DNA of 64,000 nt. It comes from Parcubacteria group bacterium (GTDB lineage: Bacteria > Patescibacteriota > Minisyncoccia > Moranbacterales > UBA2206). Below the pieces are notes generated by a model that had not been told where the DNA came from, did no database searches, and worked only from the letters and a program-made list of their open reading frames with translations. This document shows positions 51,381 to 60,243 of this stretch, one piece after another (the first letter of the stretch is position 1; each line of letters opens with the position of its first letter). Both the position numbers and the translations under genes were made by a program. The stretch lies in the NCBI GenBank assembly GCA_041645535.1, contig JBAZPT010000002.1, positions 170,853 to 234,852 of the forward strand. The letters run 5' to 3'.

Positions 51381-52049
51381 ATGAAAAGAACAAGGAAAAA
51401 TTTAAGTTTACTGCTTAATCAACAAGAAGCGATAAAGTTTGACGAGAAAGGCTTCAAGTTTAATCTCCATAAGGAACATCCAAAAGTTCCCCTAAGCCCG
51501 AATTATATAGATTTTCGGGATGTCTTAAGGGATCCTGCCATAAGGCTATTTATCGCCGAGCTCATGCTTCCCATAATCAAGGAAATAGGGCCCGATAAGC
51601 TCGTTGATTTGCCGCAATCTATTAGTCCGCTCATTACTACACTCTCTGATATGACGGGTATCGGCACAATTACAATCAGATCGGAAGCTCTAAAGGGCGA
51701 GAAAAAAGATCATGGCATTGCAAGGGCGATAATGGGCAGGTACGAAAAAGGGCAACGAGTACTCATTATTGATGATGTTGTATCAAGCCGGGCATATACA
51801 AAAGGCAAAGCCGTCGCGGTCTTGAAAGAGGTAGGACTCAATGTCATTCGTGTTATTATTGTTATAGGAGACAGGGAGGAAGGAGGAAAAGAAGTTCTTG
51901 CAAAAATGGGATTCGATCTGATCAGTATCCTTAGGTTTAAAAAAGTACTGCGCCTGTATCTAGATAGAAAACTGATAACCCAGGACTTATACAGAAGATC
52001 CCTTGAATTTGCGAGGATTTCTAAAAGGCTTGCTCTCAGGGAAAAATAA
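51381..52049 (+). CDS. phosphoribosyltransferase (orotate PRTase-like)
   Basis: PRPP-binding motif VLIIDDVVSS followed by RAYT instead of GxT. Located beside pyrF. Confidence 0.5.
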   Translation: MKRTRKNLSLLLNQQEAIKFDEKGFKFNLHKEHPKVPLSPNYIDFRDVLRDPAIRLFIAELMLPIIKEIGPDKLVDLPQSISPLITTLSDMTGIGTITIRSEALKGEKKDHGIARAIMGRYEKGQRVLIIDDVVSSRAYTKGKAVAVLKEVGLNVIRVIIVIGDREEGGKEVLAKMGFDLISILRFKKVLRLYLDRKLITQDLYRRSLEFARISKRLALREK

Positions 52050-52058
52050 CTATTCATA

Positions 52059-52093
52059 GCCGGGACTGCAAATACAATGCAGGCCCGGTTTTT
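52059..52093 (+). terminator. rho-independent terminator
   Basis: GCCGGGACTGCA-aatacaa-TGCAGGCCCGG followed by TTTTT. Confidence 0.7.
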
Positions 52094-52245
52094 ATTTTAT
52101 CAAAATAATCTTTAATAAAAAACTGTAATATTCTGCTGGAGCAGGATTTTACAGATTACAGCATTTGGTTTTTTTTAGAGTTAATCATAAAGACTAAGCG
52201 ATATTTTTATTTAATTTGCTGTATCATTGGGTATAAGCTAGAATT

Positions 52246-53478
52246 ATGGCACACAAATTTATGATCAAGAATACTAAAAATAATCATAATGATTACGCGC
52301 CTTTGGCCGACCGGATGCGGCCGGAAAAATTGGCTGATTTTTTCGGCCAAGAAGAACTTTTGGGCCAGAATTCATTTTTGCGCCAGGCGATGGAAAAGGA
52401 CCAGATTCCGTCGCTCATTTTTTGGGGTCCGCCGGGATCGGGTAAAACCACGCTGGCGTCTATCATTGCCAAACTGACCAATTCCGAATTTATAATTCTA
52501 AGCGCGGTTTCCAGCGGCATTAAAGATTTGCGCGCGGTTTTGGCGGAAGCAAAAGTTAATCAAAAAATGAACAAGCGCACGATTTTGTTTGTCGATGAAA
52601 TCCATCGCTGGAACAAGTCTCAGCAAGATGCGCTGCTGCCGCATGTCGAACATGGAGTAATCACGCTCATTGGTGCGACGACGGAAAATCCCAGTTTTGA
52701 AGTAATCTCGCCGCTGCTTTCACGGGCGCGCGTTTTTGTTTTGCATAAATTGGAAGCGCAGAATATTGAAAAAATAATCCGGCGGGCGCTTGCGGAAAAA
52801 GAAAATGGGTTGGGAAGAAAAGATATAAAAATGGCGGACGATACAATAAAATTGCTGGCGAATTTAGCCAACGGCGACGCGCGCATGGCGCTTAATACTC
52901 TAGAAGCGACGGCCAATATCTCCAAAAATATTACCGAAGATATCATCCGCGAATATCTGCAAAAGTCGCATCTGCTTTATGACAAAACCGGCGAGGAGCA
53001 TTATAATATAATTTCCGCGCTCCATAAATCCATGCGCGGCGGCGATGCCAATGCGGCTATCTATTGGCTCGCCAGGATGCTGGAAGGCGGGGAGGATCCG
53101 CTGTATGTCGCGCGCAGATTAGTAAGATTTGCTTCCGAGGATGTGGGGTTGGCAAATAACACGGCTTTGCTTTTAGCCAACGCGTGTTTTGACGCTTGCC
53201 ATAAATTAGGTATGCCGGAATGCGCGGTGCATCTGGCGCAATGCGTAAGCTATCTCTCGCAGTCCAAAAAAAGCGTGGCGGTCTATCTGGCCTACGAAAA
53301 AGCCAAGGGCGATGTGGAAAAATATGGCAACTTGCCGGTGCCGCTTCACATCCGCAATGCGCCGACGAAACTTATGAAAAATTTGGGTTATGGCAAGGGC
53401 TATAAATATACTCCGCTGGAAGATAGTTCGGAGCAGGAATATTTACCAGAGGAACTTAAAAATAGAAAGTATATCTAA
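52246..53478 (+). CDS. rarA: replication-associated recombination protein A (MgsA/RarA)
   Basis: 410 aa, GPPGSGKTT, FVDEIHRWNK, C-terminal MgsA domain (YDKTGEEHYNIISALHKSMRG). Confidence 0.9.
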   Translation: MAHKFMIKNTKNNHNDYAPLADRMRPEKLADFFGQEELLGQNSFLRQAMEKDQIPSLIFWGPPGSGKTTLASIIAKLTNSEFIILSAVSSGIKDLRAVLAEAKVNQKMNKRTILFVDEIHRWNKSQQDALLPHVEHGVITLIGATTENPSFEVISPLLSRARVFVLHKLEAQNIEKIIRRALAEKENGLGRKDIKMADDTIKLLANLANGDARMALNTLEATANISKNITEDIIREYLQKSHLLYDKTGEEHYNIISALHKSMRGGDANAAIYWLARMLEGGEDPLYVARRLVRFASEDVGLANNTALLLANACFDACHKLGMPECAVHLAQCVSYLSQSKKSVAVYLAYEKAKGDVEKYGNLPVPLHIRNAPTKLMKNLGYGKGYKYTPLEDSSEQEYLPEELKNRKYI

Positions 53479-53514
53479 TTTTTATTTCTAAAGCTTCGCT
53501 TTAGAAAAGTTATT

Positions 53515-54432
53515 ATGGAAAATTTTTTAAATAGTTATCAGCATTTGCCGGAGCATATCAATCCGGTGGCTTTTAAGATCGGAATTTTTTCGGTTGACTA
53601 CTATTCCTTGATGTATATTCTTGCTTTTCTAACAGTTTATTTACTGCTTGTTTTTCGCACTAAAAAGAAAGAAGGGCTGTATAGCGAAAGTTTAATTCTG
53701 GATTTTATGTTCTATGCTATTCTGGGAGTTTTGATTGGCGGGCGGCTGGGTTATGTTCTGTTTTATAATTTTCCCTATTATCTCGCGCATCCCCTGGAAA
53801 TAATTTCGCCAATCAGTGTTACGAGTTACGGGCTGCAAGTTACGGGGATTTATGGCATGAGTTTCCATGGCGGGCTAATCGGTGTAATTCTATCCTCGTT
53901 TTTGTTTGTCAGAAAATATAAGATTGATTTTTTCCAATGGGCCGATTTTGTTGTTCCAGCCATTCCGGCCGGCTATTTTTTCGGCCGTATTGGCAATTTT
54001 TTAAACGGCGAACTATATGGGCGCGCCACAGAAAAATTTTGGGGAATGTATTTTCCGCAAGATCCTCTGGGTCTTTTACGCCATCCTTCGCAACTCTACG
54101 AAGCTTTTTTTGAAGGACTGGTTTTGTTTATAATTCTCTGGGTTTTGCGCAACGCAAAGACATCGAATGTCCTAAGGACGCCTGCCTGCCGGCAGGCAGG
54201 CTTCAGCTTGGACATCCGATGTCCAAATGGCGGTTTGTTTGCGCTGTATCTTTTTATGTACGGCTTTTTCCGCTTCTTTATTGAATTTTTCCGTGAACCG
54301 GATCCGCAGATCGGGCTGATTTTTGGCTGTTTAACATTTGGCCAAATTTTATCTCTGGTTACGATTGCGGCGGGAGCGATTATTTTCTTTGTCAGAGAGG
54401 AAAAAAACAGGTATAATAAGGTTAATGAGTGA
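53515..54432 (+). CDS. lgt: prolipoprotein diacylglyceryl transferase
   Basis: 305 aa, GIYGMSFHGGLIG, GRIGNFLNGELYG, RHPSQLYEA, FFREPD. It carries two repeat insertions. Confidence 0.85.
   Translation: MENFLNSYQHLPEHINPVAFKIGIFSVDYYSLMYILAFLTVYLLLVFRTKKKEGLYSESLILDFMFYAILGVLIGGRLGYVLFYNFPYYLAHPLEIISPISVTSYGLQVTGIYGMSFHGGLIGVILSSFLFVRKYKIDFFQWADFVVPAIPAGYFFGRIGNFLNGELYGRATEKFWGMYFPQDPLGLLRHPSQLYEAFFEGLVLFIILWVLRNAKTSNVLRTPACRQAGFSLDIRCPNGGLFALYLFMYGFFRFFIEFFREPDPQIGLIFGCLTFGQILSLVTIAAGAIIFFVREEKNRYNKVNE
53818..53845 (+). repeat. 7-nt periodic segment inside lgt (GTTACGA GTTACGG GCTGCAA GTTACGG)
   Basis: Read directly. It encodes VTSYGLQVTG. Confidence 0.55.
54159..54224. repeat. GC-rich composite palindrome inside lgt
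   Basis: GACAT-cga-ATGTC, then the perfect 22-nt palindrome GCCTGCCTGCC/GGCAGGCAGGC (54180-54201), then GGACAT-ccg-ATGTCC. It encodes an extra loop, TSNVLRTPACRQAGFSLDIRCP. Confidence 0.9.
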
Positions 54433-55453
54433 AAAACAAGACAAAAATATATTTATAGACGGCCTGGGCGGAAGGATCCGAAGGTCTTTGGCTATTGATT
54501 TCCCGCTGTCACAGTTTATTCTTAAGCATAAAAAATCTTCAGTGTTGTTTGGGAGGGATGGACAAACGGAAATTTTTTTTACTTCGGATTCGAAGCTATA
54601 TCTCACGCCGGCAGAGCTGAAAATGGCCAGCAGAAAAGAGCGCATTGTGCGCATTATCCGGCGCTTGGATAGTCTGAACGCGCGGTCTTTTGAAAAAACA
54701 AAAATCTATTCTACTACAGCGGAAGATTTATTTAGTTTGAAATTGCAAAGGCAATACAGTGCGTTCCGCGAGAGAGCGCTTGAGCTGGTGGAAAATTCCA
54801 GGCAGAAAATAACAGTAGTGAGAATGTGGAATCTTTCGATCGTGGGCGCCGTAATTTTCGGGATGTTCACGATGAGCATGATTTATAAATATTTGGGCCA
54901 AAGCGTATCCGCGAAAATCCAGGAAAATAAAAATGTTCAGCAGCAAACAGAAGACACGCAGGAGAATATTTTAGAAGAATATGCGAATGTTGATTCGCAG
55001 TATTTCACCCAGCTTCTTTCGGAAGAGGATTTGCCGCAGGCGGTGCTGGAAAAAAAGATGAGGGAAATGGTGGCTGGCCATCCGATTGAAAAAATGGTTC
55101 CGCTCATTGCCGAAAAAAGCCCGGTAGTCGCGGCCTTTATGATCAGCATCGCCAAACAGGAAAGCAATTGGGGCAAACGAGTGCCGGTGTATCAGGACGA
55201 GGATTGCTGGAATTATTGGGGCTGGCGGGGAAAAAATCCAGTAGGCACTGGCGGACATACTTGTTTTGACAGCCCCGAGGACGCGGTGAATACGGTGGCG
55301 AAAAGGCTGGAATTTTTGGTTTCTAATCAAAAACTCAACACGCCCGCCAAGATGATTATCTGGAAATGCGGGGACTGTTCCTGGGACAACCAGCGCGATA
55401 TGCAAAGATGGATCAGCACGGTGAGCACATATTTTCAAAAGCTGGATACTTAG
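54425..55453 (+). CDS. membrane-anchored hypothetical protein, possible cell-wall hydrolase-like C-terminus
   Basis: ATG 54425 overlaps the lgt stop. One TM segment. The C-terminal motif ISIAKQESNWGKR is faintly transglycosylase-like. Confidence 0.35.
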   Translation: MSEKQDKNIFIDGLGGRIRRSLAIDFPLSQFILKHKKSSVLFGRDGQTEIFFTSDSKLYLTPAELKMASRKERIVRIIRRLDSLNARSFEKTKIYSTTAEDLFSLKLQRQYSAFRERALELVENSRQKITVVRMWNLSIVGAVIFGMFTMSMIYKYLGQSVSAKIQENKNVQQQTEDTQENILEEYANVDSQYFTQLLSEEDLPQAVLEKKMREMVAGHPIEKMVPLIAEKSPVVAAFMISIAKQESNWGKRVPVYQDEDCWNYWGWRGKNPVGTGGHTCFDSPEDAVNTVAKRLEFLVSNQKLNTPAKMIIWKCGDCSWDNQRDMQRWISTVSTYFQKLDT

Positions 55454-55490
55454 TTTTTAAATACTTGATTTGTGGTAATATAGAAATATT

Positions 55491-57866
55491 ATGGGAAGAT
55501 CAAAGAAGGTTAAAGAGGAAGATGAAAAAGAAAAAACCTCTTTTAAATTCGACATTGCTTCAGATGTGAAGCGCAGCGCGGCGGCGATTTTTTTGTTTGC
55601 TTTGGCGCTGGTAATCGCGCTGGGATTTTTTGGCAAAGCCGGCGTGATCGGATTATTTCTGGATAATTCTATTGGAATGTTAATTGGCTGGGCGAAAATT
55701 ATTTTTCCGCTTTTTCTTTTGGCCGCCGGCATAGTTTTGCTTTTACGGCACAAAACTTCTTTTTATGTGGCCAAACTCACGGGACTGGCAGTGGCGCTCA
55801 TTGGCGCGGCCGGATTTTTTCATTGGTTTTTTGAAATCGAAAAAATGATTGAAGCTGCCAAAGCTGGCTCGGGCGGAGGCTATATCGGCTATGTGGTCGC
55901 GTATCTGGCGGTGAAGTTTTTGGGCAATGCCGGCGGACTGGTTTTGATTCTGGCGCTTTTTCTGATCGGGTTCACTATCGCTTTCAATGTTTCACTGGCG
56001 AATCTTTTCGCAAAAATATTCAGGAAAAACGGCGAAGAAGCAGGGGCGGAAAAACCCGTTGAATTTGTGGAGGAAGTTCAAAATGAAGAAGCGGAAAAAA
56101 AAGCAGAACTGATTATGCCAGCCGCAACCGGGTCTGATTTAAAAAAAGCCGAGTCGGCGGCAGATCAGGATTCTAATATAGGAAAAATTGAATTTGTGGA
56201 AGGTCCCGACCAATTTGTGGATGAAAAATTTCTTTCAGGGCTCCAGCATAAATCTTTTGATGTAAAAAACGGCTTGGAAGAAAAAGTTTTTGCTAAAAAA
56301 AGGAAAAGCTTCGGAACAGGCAGCGGCAAAAATTCCCAATGGATCCTGCCGCCTCTGGATCTTTTAGAGGGACGTTCCGGCAAGGGTCTGGGAGGAGATA
56401 TAGATCGCAATGCGGAAATTATTCAGAAAACCTTGCATAACTTTGGCATCGAAGTGGAAAGGGATGAAATAAAAACCGGTCCGTCGGTAACGCAATACCG
56501 TTTCCGTCCGGCCGTGGGCGTCAAGGTGGCCAGCATTTTGGCGCTGCAAAATGACATCTCGCTAGCCTTGGCCGCGCATCCGCTTCGAATAGAAGCGCCG
56601 ATTCCCGGGAAAGCTTTAATTGGCATCGAAGTTCCCAATAAAGTGACGGCCCTGGTAAGGCTGCGTGATTTTATTGAAGATCCTGAATTTGTAAATCGCC
56701 AGTCGAACCTGACTCTTTCTGTCGGGGAAGATGTGGCCGGTAATTTTATTTTTTCCAATCTGGAAACGATGCCGCATTTGCTCATCGCGGGATCCACCGG
56801 CAAAGGAAAATCAGTGGCGATAAACAGTATTATTGCAACTCTGCTCTATCAAAATTCTCCCAAAGATCTCAAGTTTATCATGGTTGATCCGAAGCGCGTC
56901 GAACTGTCTTTGTATAACGGCATCCCGCATCTTCTCACTGATGTCATCACTGAAAACGGAAAAGTTATCAGTGCGTTGCGCTGGGTAGTAAGGGAAATGG
57001 AAAAAAGATATCGCTTGCTGCAGGATATGGGAGCGCAAAACATAAATTCATATAATGAAAAATTTGAAAAAGGGCAGAAACGAAAATATACCAATCCCGA
57101 AACCGGAGTGATCGAAGAGCAAGACATTGATAAACTCCCGTTCATAGTCGTTGTAGTTGACGAGTTGGCGGAACTTATGATGAGCCACGGGAAAGAGGTG
57201 GAAGGGGCGATTGTCCGAATTGCCCAAATGGCGCGGGCAGTAGGCATCCACTTAATTGTTTCCACGCAAAGGCCGGAAGTAAAAGTTATAACCGGGCTCA
57301 TTAAGGCCAATATTACAACCCGCATTGCTTTTCAGGTGGCGACTCAGATTGACTCCCGGACTATCATTGATATGGCCGGAGCGGAAAAACTATTGGGCAA
57401 TGGCGATATGCTGTATATGTCTACTGATACATCCAAGCCCAAAAGAATCCAGGGAATTTTTGTAAGCGAATCGGAGGTTAAGCGGGTAGTGAAATTTATT
57501 AATAGCCAGAAGAAAAAGCTGGGTGAAGAAAGCATAGGGGAAGATATTACCAGTCCGGCTCAAGGAGGAGCGCTGGAATTTAAAAACATGGATGAGAATA
57601 AAGACGAAGATGATTTATATGAGGCGGCGAAAGTCGAAGTAACGCGCGCCGGCAAGGCTTCGGCTACGCTTCTTCAGCGGCGCTTACGCATCGGCTATGC
57701 GCGCGCGGCGAGGCTGCTGGATGTTTTGGAGGACAATGGAATTATCGGGCCGGGGGATGGGGCCAAACCGCGGGAAGTATATGCTTCTAAGGATAATATT
57801 GAAAACGCTACAAATTATGAACGACCGATCGAAGATCAAGTGGAAAGAGATAAATGGCAAGCATAG
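55491..57866 (+). CDS. ftsK: DNA translocase FtsK
   Basis: 791 aa with N-terminal TM segments, Walker A GSTGKGKS, Walker B VVVDELA and a gamma winged helix (LLQRRLRIGYARAARLLDVLE). Confidence 0.9.
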   Translation: MGRSKKVKEEDEKEKTSFKFDIASDVKRSAAAIFLFALALVIALGFFGKAGVIGLFLDNSIGMLIGWAKIIFPLFLLAAGIVLLLRHKTSFYVAKLTGLAVALIGAAGFFHWFFEIEKMIEAAKAGSGGGYIGYVVAYLAVKFLGNAGGLVLILALFLIGFTIAFNVSLANLFAKIFRKNGEEAGAEKPVEFVEEVQNEEAEKKAELIMPAATGSDLKKAESAADQDSNIGKIEFVEGPDQFVDEKFLSGLQHKSFDVKNGLEEKVFAKKRKSFGTGSGKNSQWILPPLDLLEGRSGKGLGGDIDRNAEIIQKTLHNFGIEVERDEIKTGPSVTQYRFRPAVGVKVASILALQNDISLALAAHPLRIEAPIPGKALIGIEVPNKVTALVRLRDFIEDPEFVNRQSNLTLSVGEDVAGNFIFSNLETMPHLLIAGSTGKGKSVAINSIIATLLYQNSPKDLKFIMVDPKRVELSLYNGIPHLLTDVITENGKVISALRWVVREMEKRYRLLQDMGAQNINSYNEKFEKGQKRKYTNPETGVIEEQDIDKLPFIVVVVDELAELMMSHGKEVEGAIVRIAQMARAVGIHLIVSTQRPEVKVITGLIKANITTRIAFQVATQIDSRTIIDMAGAEKLLGNGDMLYMSTDTSKPKRIQGIFVSESEVKRVVKFINSQKKKLGEESIGEDITSPAQGGALEFKNMDENKDEDDLYEAAKVEVTRAGKASATLLQRRLRIGYARAARLLDVLEDNGIIGPGDGAKPREVYASKDNIENATNYERPIEDQVERDKWQA

Positions 57867-57872
57867 TCATGA

Positions 57873-57977
57873 ACCCCGTTAGAAATTTTACAATTCTAAT
57901 AGGGGTGATAGTAAATAGTAATTGTTTTTCAAGCTTTATCCTTGTTAATGATAAACTTGTAAAATTTCTAACGGGGT
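57873..57977. repeat. inverted-repeat element B2 (ACCCCGTTAGAAATTTTACA / TGTAAAATTTCTAACGGGGT, 65-nt loop)
   Basis: 20-bp perfect arms filling the ftsK-rodZ spacer. The rodZ-like GTG 57976 lies in the arm end. Confidence 0.9.
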
Positions 57978-58989
57978 GAACGGTTTTACTAAAAAAAGTG
58001 TCGGTACTCTCACGCTGGGCGAGAAGCTGGGGAAAATCCGGAGCGACCGGAGGATCAGCCTCTCGGAGGCTTCCCGCGCTACAAAAATCCAGGTTAAATA
58101 TCTGGAATATTTGGAAGCAGGGGCGTATGAAAAACTGCCGGCCGATGTTTATGTAAAAGGATTTTTGCGCAATTACTCCGAATTTTTGGGCATTGATGAA
58201 AAAATTCTTGTGAAGCTCTATGAAAAAGAACGGGGCATAAAGGACAATTTGGAAAGAGGCAAGAAGGGGAAGAAGGGAAATTTGCCGGTCGGCAGAGAGA
58301 AAATTAATATCTCTCCATTTGTCATTACTCCGCGGATCATTGCTATAACCGCGGTTCTCCTGCTTATCTTCGGGGGTTTTTTTTATTTGTATCGGGAAGT
58401 CGGCTCTTTTGCCAGCGCTCCCCGCTTGGTTATTATCAGTCCGGAAAAAAATTATTCCACCGATGGAAATTCTGTGGAAGTTTCCGGCATAACCGATAGG
58501 GACGCGAAAATTTTCATAAACGAACAGCCGGTTATGGTAAATGATGAGGGAAAATTCCGCGAAAATCTGACCGTGCAATCAGGAACAAACACGGTCACGA
58601 TCCGCGCGGTGAATAGATTTGAGAAAGTCGCCGTGGAAACGCTGACCATTCAATCGACCTGCGCGGAGCCTCAGGAAAATCCTTCTGCCGCGGATAATCC
58701 TGAAAACGGGCAAATGGCGCAAGCGGAAAATTCCCAGAAACTGCAAATTGAGGTTCGGGTTGATCCGGGACCAGTTTGGGTGGGCGTGGAGGCGGACGGC
58801 AACCTAGTTTTTAGCGGAACGATGCTGAGCGGGACAACGCAGTCGTTTCAGGCGGAAAATAAGATTGTCATCAATTCCGGCAAGGGGAAAGCCACTTTTG
58901 TAAAATTCAACGGCAAGGATAGGGGGGCTTTAAGCGATAGTTCCGGGGCCGCGCGGGGAGTGGAGTTTAATCGGGATACAAAGCTCTAG
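57976..58989 (+). CDS. RodZ-like cytoskeleton protein (HTH + TM + DUF4115-like C-terminus)
   Basis: LGEKLGKIRSDRRISLSEASRATKIQVKYLEYLE..., ADVYVKGFLRNY, C-terminal VWVGVEADGNLVFSG. Confidence 0.7.
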   Translation: MNGFTKKSVGTLTLGEKLGKIRSDRRISLSEASRATKIQVKYLEYLEAGAYEKLPADVYVKGFLRNYSEFLGIDEKILVKLYEKERGIKDNLERGKKGKKGNLPVGREKINISPFVITPRIIAITAVLLLIFGGFFYLYREVGSFASAPRLVIISPEKNYSTDGNSVEVSGITDRDAKIFINEQPVMVNDEGKFRENLTVQSGTNTVTIRAVNRFEKVAVETLTIQSTCAEPQENPSAADNPENGQMAQAENSQKLQIEVRVDPGPVWVGVEADGNLVFSGTMLSGTTQSFQAENKIVINSGKGKATFVKFNGKDRGALSDSSGAARGVEFNRDTKL

Positions 58990-59002
58990 CTGAGGTGGCG
59001 TG

Positions 59003-59104
59003 GCCCGTTAGAGATCTGCCAATAAAATTAGTAACTTACAAGTGTTATTTAGATAACAATTCTGCCAAATTCTGAAAAAACATTATTCCAGATCTCTAAC
59101 GGGC
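59003..59104. repeat. inverted-repeat element B3 (GCCCGTTAGAGATCTG / CAGATCTCTAACGGGC, 70-nt loop)
   Basis: 16-bp perfect arms. A variant of the B arms with paired (compensatory) differences. Confidence 0.9.
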
Positions 59105-59136
59105 TGTGGATAACTTTGACTTGCAGACTATTCTTA

Positions 59137-59155
59137 TAGTGATACAATATCACTA
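59137..59155. promoter_or_regulatory. palindrome TAGTGATA-caa-TATCACTA upstream of recA (operator candidate)
   Basis: 8-bp perfect arms, 22 nt upstream of TATAAT (59177-59182). Confidence 0.4.
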
Positions 59156-59212
59156 AGAAGCTTTTGGAAATTAGAGTATAATAAAGATAAATTCAAAAGT
59201 TTGAAAAAATAT

Positions 59213-60214
59213 ATGACTAATGAAAAAAATGCAGCCAGCCACCAAGATAATGTCGATCAGGTAGTTTCCGAGATAAAAGAAAAATTCGGCGAGGGAATGT
59301 TGATGAAACTGGGGGACATTAAAAAGGTTGATGTGGAAGCTATTTCCACCGGTTCGATTTCTTTGGATTTGGCTTTGGGTATCGGCGGGGTGCCGCGCGG
59401 CCGAGTAATCGAAATTTATGGCCCGGAGTCTTCCGGCAAAACCACTTTAAGTTTGCATATTATCGCCAACGCGCAAAAGGTGGGCGGTACCGCGGCTTTT
59501 ATCGATGCTGAACACGCGCTGGATCCGGAATATGCCAAGAAGATCGGCGTCAAAATAAATGATCTGCTGATTTCCCAGCCGGATAATGGCGAACAAGCGC
59601 TGGATATTGTGGAAACGCTAGTGCGCTCCAACGCGATTGATGTGATTGTGATCGATTCAGTGGCGGCTTTGGTGCCGAAAGCGGAAATTGAAGGCGAGAT
59701 GGGCGATACGCATATGGGACGGCAAGCGCGCCTGATGAGCCAAGCTCTGCGAAAGCTCACGGCCATCATTGCTAAATCGAATACGATAGTTATTTTTATC
59801 AATCAGTTGCGCATGAAAATCGGAGTGATGTTCGGCAATCCGGAGGTTACCACCGGCGGGCAAGCGCTCAAGTTTTATTCTTCAGTGCGCATCGAAGTGC
59901 GGCGAAGCGCGCAAATCAAAAAAGGCGAAGAAGTGGTCGGCAACCGCGTCAAAGCGAAAATAGTTAAAAATAAGGTGGCTCCGCCGTTCAAAACTACGGA
60001 ATTTGATATTATGTATAATGAAGGAATTTCTCAATCCGGAGATTTGCTGGACACGGGCGTGAAATATGAAGTGGTCAAAAAATCCGGCAACTCTTATGCC
60101 TTTGAGGAGGTGAAATTGGGCGTGGGCCGGGAAACCGCCAAGGCGTTTCTTAAAGAAAATCCGAAAGTTTCGAGTGAAATCGTCAAAGCTATAAAAGCCA
60201 AGATAAAAGAATAA
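59213..60214 (+). CDS. recA: recombinase RecA
   Basis: [26 protein letters not shown]. The track start is TTG 59201; ATG 59213 is preferred. Confidence 0.95.
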   Translation: MTNEKNAASHQDNVDQVVSEIKEKFGEGMLMKLGDIKKVDVEAISTGSISLDLALGIGGVPRGRVIEIYGPESSGKTTLSLHIIANAQKVGGTAAFIDAEHALDPEYAKKIGVKINDLLISQPDNGEQALDIVETLVRSNAIDVIVIDSVAALVPKAEIEGEMGDTHMGRQARLMSQALRKLTAIIAKSNTIVIFINQLRMKIGVMFGNPEVTTGGQALKFYSSVRIEVRRSAQIKKGEEVVGNRVKAKIVKNKVAPPFKTTEFDIMYNEGISQSGDLLDTGVKYEVVKKSGNSYAFEEVKLGVGRETAKAFLKENPKVSSEIVKAIKAKIKE

Positions 60215-60243
60215 TCCAGTACAAATTAATTACAAATATCAAA

